Both the position numbers and the translations under genes were made by a program. A stretch of 64,000 nucleotides of DNA from Lytechinus pictus (Eukaryota). Positions within the stretch are counted from its first letter, which is position 1. Every line of letters starts with the position of its first letter. The stretch is taken from positions 1,924,001-1,988,000 of the forward strand of contig NC_087246.1 of NCBI RefSeq assembly GCF_037042905.1, read 5' to 3'. Positions 54,811 through 64,000 of this stretch are shown in pieces. The notes below the pieces were generated by a model, which was given only the letters and a program-made list of their open reading frames with translations, did not search any database and was not told where the DNA came from.

Positions 54811-55496
54811 TTTCACAAGTATAACTCTGTGTAGCCTTCTTTGATGATCCTTTTTATCGATTGTCCCGTATTTCATTTTGTGAAATCTGGTCACCCTGAT
54901 TTAAACCCTTTTTTTTTAAAACTACATGAATTACCAGGTCCCAGTACATTGTGCATATAGAAATATGTTTGTACATGATTGGCCTAATGACATTAAAATA
55001 CACTTTGCCACACTAAGTACATCAGTATTAATTTTATATTTATAGAGAAAACATATTGCATCTTGCACATACTTTCAATTGCCTATACGGCGCGTTCTCG
55101 AACAATTGACCTAGCAAAATGGCGGCGGTCACATGACTTATCGAGTTCGCCGGCGATGTTTTGCTCGAGTGAACACGACTTCCACGTATTTCTAGTTCAG
55201 TGGTTCCACCACGCTGAAATCGATGCCAATCAGCGTAATATGTACAGATTATAATACTTTTTATTTAATTTGGTCAGTTTTGATTCCATTTAAATTATAA
55301 AAAAAAAAAAATATATATATTTTACGTGAAAATAATTTTATTCATGTTTTTATTTGGTTATAAAAAAATTAAACAAAAAATGAATATCTTAAAATTTTGC
55401 ATTTAGCGACCGGCCTGACATCACGATTGTATTCGACTAGACGCTAAATATATACACTACAGCATTCATTCCGTTCAATTTTTCGTCGACCACAAA

Positions 55497-55730
55497 ATGG
55501 ATTTAAAAAAAAAAATCAGTTTTGGAACTTAAAAAAATCTTAACTGACAGAGGAATACCGTGCAATGGAAAGCGTCGGGCAGAATTAGTGACTTTAGCAG
55601 AAAAGGCCGTTAAACTGTATCGTGAAAGATAGGGTTGTGATCACGAACTTTCCGAGCGAAAGCGACGTTGTGTTGTTGTGGATGACGGCACTGTTGATCT
55701 GAATGGCAAAACAGTGCATTGGACTTCCGA
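55497..55730 (+). pseudogene. Disrupted ORF encoding a SAP/HeH-like N-terminal motif (probably transposon-derived)
   Basis: ATG at 55497, +1 shift in an A11 run, then SVLELKKILTDRGIPCNGKRRAELVTLAEKA...; in-frame TAG at about 55630. Confidence 0.45.
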
Positions 55731-56216
55731 ACAGGAAGTTGTAATACCGAAAAGCTATCACATAATGCAATGCGCGTTACAGGGATTTTTCCCGGATCTC
55801 GGCGAAATCGCTATTTGGGGTAGCATGCATTATGTTTACGTTACGGGACAGGATAACAATAGTCAAAACTGACTAGTTTGGCATTTCAAAACAACAACAA
55901 CAACAACAACAACAGGTGAGCATATAGATTTAGCCAAACAGCTAATTGGAATTCAAATGAGAAATCTTAACCTAGAGATTGATGCATTGTTGAAAGCACT
56001 GTGGCTATCCTGACTATTGCATTCTATAATACACGTCTCTGATGTGTAAATTTGAACTTTGTGGTCACGGTTGCATGCACTCATTATGTTATTGAGTATA
56101 TTCATTGTACATAATATATTATAGTCCGGGAGCAAGGACCTGTGAAAAATGAGTTCGGACAACCCACACCACAGAAAAGGTTTGATACCATACGTAGTTA
56201 GTATGGACCCTCTAGA

Positions 56217-58124
56217 GGTTCCACGAGCCTAATTACATCAGGAGGGCTAAAGATATTCGTTCGACCCAACCCATTCGAATTTTTGTCAATTTGATATTGC
56301 TGATTGACAAAAATGTATGAATGTGATTCAAAATCTAACACTGATTCTAGAAATGGTAATTACTGAACTTACTTCGCCCAAATTGGGAAGATAAATAAGT
56401 GACTTGGAACTATTTTTTGACTGGCGGAATAATTAGGGCTATTTTACTGTTTCAGTTGATGAATTCGATCGATTCATAGTTATCTTCATAAATGGCGATT
56501 TATTTTTAAAATGAGCTGGCTACGGTACCCTTTCCTGGTCAGATTTGGAATGTCAGATATATATCCTATCCATTGGTAGTAAACATTCCACCCTCTAATT
56601 TCACATTTATTTTTTATGAATTTTTCAAAAGTGCCATTTTAACACACAAGTCTATGGGGAATGTTTTACGCGCGTGACACCTGTAAGTAATATGAGAAAT
56701 CCCTAGTAGTGGATGGAATACCTGGCCAAACTCTTCAGTAGCAAACAATTTCTCACTGATATCAATATGTTTAGTCATCAAGTGGTGCAAAAAATGGATT
56801 TAATGGCTAGCAGAGCTACATCAGGTAAAGTTAGTAGGTCTGTGCTGTAGCCTAGGAATGTATGTAGATTGGTCAATGTATAGAGTCAAGGCCTCTTTAT
56901 GTTCTGATTTATCATTGTTTTGTGTTAGTGTACATCACCTACTTAGCATTAGAAAGACCTTTAGAAATTGCTCATGTTAAAATTGTTCTTAGGAAGGGGG
57001 TAGGTAGAGAGGAGATAGAACTTTAAAAACTTTACTGAAGAGAACTAGAGTGGTTCAAGAAGGTATTTAGAAAAGGGCACAGAGTAAGGTAAGGTATCTA
57101 ATAGTGCTCAGCTAAGGAGGGAGGGGGGGGGGGGGCTGCTGTGTGCTGCAATCTTAGTATAGCCCCCCCCTCTTTATTAAACCATGTCATTTATGAAATT
57201 ATCTTTCTTTCTCTCTCTCTCTCTATTTATGTATATATTATCCTTGTTACATCTGAGAGGCAACAGCCCTAGGAAGACTTTGAATAGGTCAAATGCAAAT
57301 ATAATAAAGTAGTATCTCATTCTTTTATTGTTTCCTCATCCAATCTCATGTATATTTGGTAATTATGTTTGGGGCAGTTCTGGTATCCTGATATCTACAC
57401 AGAATTTACATACACCTTTATATTACAATTGATAGGGACCTATATTGTCATTGCATTCACTGTTGGGCTCTATGCAGGTAGGATTTGTATACATCCATAT
57501 ATAGTGAAAATAACATGTATGGGTAACACATTAAAATGGGTCATTGCATAGAAAATAGGCATTTTCAATGCATTTCTTTGTGCTAGTGTGAGTGTACAGA
57601 TATAAAAGAATAGCAAAGTAGCTATTCAAAAAAATAAAATACATATGTCATATAATATAGGTTCCACGAGCCTAATTACATCAGGAGGGCTAAAGATATT
57701 CGTTCGACCCAACCCATTCGAATTTTTGTCAATTTGATATTGCTGATTGACAAAAATGTATGAATGTGATTCAAAATCTAACACTGATTCTAGAAATGGT
57801 AATTACTGAACTTACTTCGCCCAAATTGGGAAGATAAATAAGTGACTTGGAACTATTTTTTGACTGGCGGAATAATTAGGGCTATTTTACTGTTTCAGTT
57901 GATGAATTCGATCGATTCATAGTTATCTTCATAAATGGCGATTTATTTTTAAAATGAGCTGGCTACGGTACCCTTTCCTGGTCAGATTTGGAATGTCAGA
58001 TATATATCCTATCCATTGGTAGTAAACATTCCACCCTCTAATTTCACATTTATTTTTTATGAATTTTTCAAAAGTGCCATTTTAACACACAAGTCTATGG
58101 GGAATGTTTTACGCGCGTGACACC
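56217..58124. mobile_element. Non-autonomous composite DNA transposon with long terminal direct repeats (KolobokP-like)
   Basis: 465-bp direct repeats 56217-56681 and 57660-58124, identical by eye; each has imperfect TIRs GGTTCCACGAGC/GCGCGTGACACC; TSD TAGA (56213-56216, 58125-58128); 978-bp interior without an ORF. Confidence 0.85.
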
Positions 58125-59163
58125 TAGATCACTGCTAGGTAGGTAGTAGTCTCAAATTAAGGTATCACTTTTTTACTATCGTTGAATTTGAAGAGCAATG
58201 TAAAATAGAAAAAAAAAAGAAGAAAAAATCACTTTTAAGGGGAAGGTGAAATGTAACTTGCCATATCTCCGCTTGTATCTCATAAATACGTCATTCATGT
58301 ATCAAAATGTTGCTGGGTGACAGCTCTAACATTACAGCAACATTCTAAAGTGAAATTGAGATATCGAGCCTTCAAAATAGGAATACACTGATGGCCCGTG
58401 TCCATTTCCATCTCAAGTAGGTACGAAAAAAATTGAGACGATGAATTGATTTTTGTGTTTAGATATGTGACGCTCTGTAAAACTATACTTGGATTGGATA
58501 TGCGTTAAACATTACAAAATTAAGATTTGTAAACATTTTTAGATATGTTCTTACTAGCCTGTGGGCTACTATTTACAATCTTGTAGTGTTGTTTAGGATC
58601 CAACGCTGCTTAAATCAATTAGAATTACTTTTTACTGGCGATATAATCTGATCCAAACCGAATTCATTACCTTTCCTTTTCTTTCTTCTAACTTCATTTT
58701 TTATCTTTAAATTTGTTTAGGGGTCAACGGCCGCATGCCCCCCATTTTTTACAGCAGTATTCATTACTGAACATCATAAAATGTTAATATTTCCAAGTCG
58801 TTTCCCCCCTCATAGTCTTTGTTTATATCAAATACCCTCCCCTAATAAGTATGATGATCTCCGCCACCTAAATAACAACTATCAAAAAGATACTGGATGA
58901 TAGGCCCAGTGATACGACAATCATTTCGAAGTGAAAATATCTATTTCGTGATAATTTTCAAACGAAGTTTACATTGCAAATTCTGATGATCAACTTCAAT
59001 TCTCAGATAAATGTTACTATACTCAGTATTCCAATTCATTTGAAATGAATAAAGTAATTGAAGAAATGTCGCAGTTTTTTATGTTGTTGTATTATTTAAC
59101 TTTATTTCAATTCAGTTAAAGATCTATTTTATTCCAATTGACATTTAATCAATTTTCATGTAT

Positions 59164-60082
59164 GGGTCAATCCACGTCAAATCAACCAATTTTCTGACAA
59201 TTTGTCACGCGACCCTCTTCGATTTTCTTTAAACTCGCATGTTGCCCCAAGTGTCCGATGGAAAAATCTGAAATATTTTGCCCCAAGGTCAAATGGTTGC
59301 TAAGATTCGGCCTACCATAGCAACCAATGCGCACTCAAAGAAATTACTTTAAATAAAATTGAATATTTTGGATTGACTACTGCAGCAAAGTTTGATTGGT
59401 TACAGTACTCATTTTAAGTAAATTGGAAGAACTTTTTTGTCTAAACATGCAGAGTATACTATAGCGCGGACCGAGGTCACCGGAAATGGTGTTAAGCTTA
59501 AGCATCCATGTTAATGTTTTCAGGAGCATGTTTGGAGGCTCATAAATCCAAAATTCAATTAGCTTAGAATCAAATATTATGCACATTTATGGACTTTCAT
59601 ATACCCAACAGAATTACAAAAATAATATTGACCCAAGAGTGTGCGTCGTTTTCTTGTAGGGCGCCCTCGAATTTGGATTTTTTTTCAAAGATGCCAAGTT
59701 CAAGATCACCCCCCCCCCGTCCCATCGAGGAGGGGGAACATCTTCTGTGTTTTGATAGACCTTGCCAATATTTTCAAGTGTTACTTGAGAAATTTTGCTA
59801 CCGGAATGTTTAGTGGCTGATGTGCGCATTCCAAAATGCTCGTAAACACCCTAAACTTAATGTTAAACGAAACATACATGCCTTTCAACACTTCAAATTG
59901 TGATAACTCAAAGATGAAGAGCCAAAAGACAGTGATATCTTCTGTGATGATAGTCTGTAATTAGTATTAAAAAGGATATATCTTCAGAAATAGTTTGTAT
60001 AGTTGGTAATGACCTTGAAAATACACCTAAAATTCAATAAAAACAATAAATTAGCATTGGTTGATTTGACATGGATTGACCC
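59164..60082. mobile_element. Sola2-like non-autonomous DNA transposon
   Basis: 27-bp TIR GGGTCAATCCA(C/T)GTCAAATCAACCAAT (1 mismatch); 4-bp TSD GTAT (59160-59163, 60083-60086). Confidence 0.75.
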
Positions 60083-61614
60083 GTATAAACACGTCAATAA
60101 TGTCATTAATATAGTAGAGAAACAATGAATGTAAAATGCAGTATATAAATGGTACATGGAAGAATGCGTAAAAACCCAGAAAGCAGGTGCCTTTGTCGGA
60201 AATCGGAATACCTTTAAAACCATGAGTAAACAAAATACAAATCCATCAGTCAAATAATTTGCAAACATCTGAAGCAAACAATAATCTTCCTAATATATGA
60301 AACAAGAATATATTTTAACATACCCTACATTATCTACAATACTAGAAACCAACCGAACAAAATGTGTGATTTTACTGGTAATACTGTTTTTGAGTTGCTT
60401 CCAGTTTTAGGTGCTTCTTTAATGCACTCTTAAATTTAGAAAAAAATTGAACAGCTTTTACTTTATTAGGAAGTGCATTCCAAGATTGGATGCCATTAAA
60501 CACTGGCGGTGCCCGCCGTCTTTAATCTAATTGTCAAAGTTATGTTTTATCAACAAGCTTTGCTTATCAGTATATTACACCATTTGATCAAGTTTTTTCT
60601 TCTCATCTCGATCGTTCTCTGCATGGATAGTGTTTAATTCATTGTTCTAATTGTCATGTTAAAACTTTTCAAATAACTTTGGTAAATAATACGTAATTTT
60701 GTCTTTTGAATTTTGGCGAGTATTAACAAGCAATTGTTTACAAAAGTGCAGTGGTCATCGGACTTAAGTTAGTGACCTCTTTAGGATACATATTTCACCA
60801 ATCGAATAATACGAGTGCGAAGCGCGAGCTGAAAAATTGTAAATATTCTGGCCTGAAAATTAATTTAAAATGTAGACTTTAAAAAGAGTATTTATTTTGA
60901 AAAAAGAGAATTTCCCATTTTGGAAAAATAGCATTTCCCTGTTATTTCTTTTGGGGGTGCAAGTGCCACCTGCCCCCACCCCCAGCGGATCCAACTTTCG
61001 CCAATGGGGGGGGGGGGCGGCGAAATGTTTAAACCCATATTTTCCCCGATCGGCAGCTCAAAGTTGATTTTTGTTTGTTTGTTTCTTTGAAAGGGTAGTC
61101 CTAACAGTCAATAATTAGCTTTATTCTTATTAAAAAAAAAAAAAAGCGCGAGCAGAAATTTTAAATATAAGCTCTGACCTGATCTAAAAGGGACGTGTTA
61201 AGGACTTTTTGCAGTTAGCAATTAAGACGATACATGTTTCAACCAGGGACGGCGGAACGTATTTTCCTTTGGGGGGAGCCAAAAAAGGTGTACTTATATG
61301 CCAAAACGGCCTTTTGGTGCAAACGGATATTTTCACCATGAGATTATCGTCTGTGTAAAGAAGTTGTGTGTTTTGTAGTAATTAAGTTGATAAATTTTTT
61401 AAAAATTGATTTCTGATTGATAAGATATATATTCAGGTTTTATTTTTTCGCGAGCAAGCGGTTTGGAAGAAAAATTCAAATCTGAAGTTGTATAACTCGC
61501 TTTTTGGTCAATTATGGACCTAATTTACTGTTAAAAGGGCATCCTTGTGAGATGTTGCGAGCGAATCACGAGCTCAAACTTTTGGAAATTTCATGTAGGA
61601 CTAATAAGACATGA

Positions 61615-61902
61615 TAATAATAATAATATTGGTGTTATTTACCCAGGGAAGCCACTTCAGTTCTGAAAACTGTTCTCCCAGCGGGCTCTGCTACTATTAT
61701 TACCCCGGCTTAGCTGGGCTGCCTAGGCGCCTAAAGGAAGGCATGTAATACATTTCTTCCTACCGGGTACCCATTCACCTCACCTGGGTTGAGTGCAGCA
61801 CAATGTGGATAAATTTTTTGCTGAAGGAAATGGCTGGGATTCGAACCTACGACCCTCTGTTTCATAGTCAGAAGACTAATCCACTGGGCCACAACGCCCC
61901 AC
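61615..61902 (-). mobile_element. tRNA-derived SINE
   Basis: Reverse strand GGGCGTTGTGGCCCAGTGG...GGTTCGAATCCC, CAACCCAGGTGAGGTGAATGGGTACC core, (ATT)n tail. Confidence 0.8.
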
Positions 61903-62354
61903 ATAAAAAGTAAACATTCCGAGCATTTTTTGTAATCATGAAAAAAGGATTAACATTGTTAACACTAGGCGTAACCATCAATAAAAATAATGTTATTAAC
62001 ATTTATATTCTTTATTACCATTTTTATTAGGATCATCGTTTGGATTATTATGATCATCATTAGTATTATTTTTACTTTTATTACCAGCAGAAGCTCTTAT
62101 TAAAAATGACATCCCCTCCAATACAAATCCTATTATCTGGAGGTTACTGACCAACACACTTAATACCATTTGCTGAGGCAGCAATTGCTCAGATAAAATC
62201 GAAATTAAGCCCATGCTTGATCCGGGCGCCTATTCTTAATGCAAAACTTGCTTTGGCCACAACACACACATGTATCATCGTTCGTTATTACTTTCATTGC
62301 ATATCCTGTTATCTTGTAATGACAACACCGTTCTTTTTACTAAAATGAGTTAAT

Positions 62355-62693
62355 TTCATTTTCGGAAATACGAACCTTATTTAATTTTTGAATTAACGAA
62401 CCTCATTTCGTTTTCGGACTAACGAACATTATTTTGTTTTCGGACTAACGAACCTTCGGAATTACGAACCTCATTTCGTTTTCGGACTAACGAACATTGT
62501 TTTGTTTTCGGACTAACGAACCTTCGGAATTACAAACCTCATTTCGTTTACGGATTAACGAACCTTCGGAATTACGAACCTCATTTCGTTTACGGATTAA
62601 CGAACCTTCTGAAATACGAAACTTCGGAATAACGAACCTTCAGAATAACGAATCTTCGGAATAACGAATCTTCGGAATTACGAATGTATGCGG
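62355..62693 (+). repeat. Minisatellite of TTCGGA(A/C)T(A/T)ACGAAC units
   Basis: 16-26-bp degenerate units read directly. Confidence 0.8.
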
Positions 62694-62989
62694 TAAAATG
62701 CTACCAAGTCTCTACGATGCCAATAATAGGCAATGGAAATGTGAATTTTAATAAATAAAAATTCGCAAATCATATCAAAATTATTTTGTAAACTGTTTAT
62801 ATTTATGTGCAATAAACTTAATTCGTCAGGAATATCACTATTTTATCAAAAGTATTATCAAATTCATTAGCTGTAAAGTATTTAATTTGGGGTAAAAAGG
62901 TTTCACAGTTTAATATAGTAGGTCGAAAATGCATGAACAGTGTTTGGTTTTCCAATCGTTGGAGAAAAAAACCGAAGTGCTCAAAATCA

Positions 62990-64000
62990 AAATCAGCATG
63001 AACAATAACAGAAACAATAAAACAGAAAGTCAAAAAGGGGCCTAAGCTTTCGATCCCAGCAGAATCTTCGTCGGAGGCAAAATGACAAACATATAAAGTG
63101 GAACAACCATAGTATAGACCACAAACAAGCTACAGCAACACTAGAAACAAGGAGACAAAAGGGGCATTAGTGAGTATAGAGAAGACCAATCAGGTTAGTG
63201 AAGGGGATGAAAGAAAAGGAGTAGGCAGACACAAAGGGAAGTTAGTGTAAGGCCAGTAAAAGACCTCAAGCCAAGAGGGATTAAGATAATGAGGCAGGCA
63301 ACATCAAACAGGATCTGGAACAAAACAGTGATAGAGGGATGAATAACAAGAGAATTAGTGAGAGGTGGGTCAAACAGATTACAAAGAAAGGCACAATAAA
63401 CTGGTGCATAAGAGTGGGGGGGGGGGGGAAAAGGAAAAGAATAGGGAACAACTGATAATGTGCAAAATACATATAAGTATATATGATAAAGCATTAAACA
63501 AACTAAGAGAAGAAGGTAAGTGTAAATATGTATCTATAGGTGATATGTATATAAATATATCCAAAAAAGAAATGTATATGAAACAATGTAAATACACATA
63601 TGGTGTAACTGATATTGTAATCCGCTAGGTGTGACGGGAAAAAACATAAGACTATATAGTAGAAAAAAAAGAAAAAAAGAAGAAAAAAAAAACCAACCCT
63701 GTATATGTGAAAAAGAGGAAGCAAATTGCCTAAAAAGGTAAAAGCAAATATAGAAGAGAGGGGGTGTATTATGAAGAAACCATAGTATACATGTAAATAA
63801 GCAAATGTGGTAAATCTAAAAGAGGTGAGTGGAGAAAAAAAAAATTATATATATATATCATAATTATTATATCGCCTGAATAAGGAAGGAAAAATTGGAG
63901 CTGAGCTTGTATTAGATATGGGAGGAAAGTAGAGGAAGAAACTATAATGTAACTATTCAAAAGAGCTGAGGGGAAAAATTATATGTATATATAAATTGAA
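62990..64000 (-). mobile_element. Probable 3' end of a Penelope-like element with hammerhead-like motif (63040-63078)
   Basis: Reverse strand GCCT-CCGACGA-A-GATTC(TGCTG)GGATC-GAAAGCTT-AGGC, preceded by a long T/C-rich UTR-like tract; no ORF seen inside the window. Confidence 0.55.

Noticed and set aside
54200..54834. Hydrophobic F/L/S-rich ORFs resembling membrane proteins
   Set aside because: Translation of a polypyrimidine low-complexity tract.
56217..58124. LTR retrotransposon or TRIM interpretation
   Set aside because: Repeats end GG..CC rather than TG..CA, no PBS or PPT was recognised, and all ends abut TNNA.

Overview
AT-rich, repeat-dense animal genomic DNA. The repeat families suggest a marine deuterostome, probably a sea urchin (inference). 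One complete host gene can be reconstructed by hand: a 12-exon SEC14L2/3/4-like CRAL-TRIO + GOLD lipid-transfer protein (+ strand, 12993-27323, 391 aa, all introns GT-AG). A possible first coding exon of a type II membrane protein lies at 38513. The rest is mobile DNA: an apparently intact single-ORF L2-type LINE (40119-43355), truncated CR1/L2-group and L1/Tx1 LINEs, tRNA-derived SINEs, three Penelope-like (PLE) remnants carrying minimal hammerhead-ribozyme motifs, a Helentron-type (HINE) element with an internal tandem array, and many non-autonomous TIR elements, several nested. The most notable structure is a composite element at 56217-58124: two apparently identical 465-bp direct repeats, each with its own short TIRs (GG...CC), a 978-bp non-coding interior and a TAGA target duplication. 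A diverged solo copy of that repeat lies at 9906-10360. This matches the KolobokP-type 'long terminal direct repeat' DNA-transposon architecture. No prokaryotic features or CRISPR arrays. All alignments and translations were done by eye.
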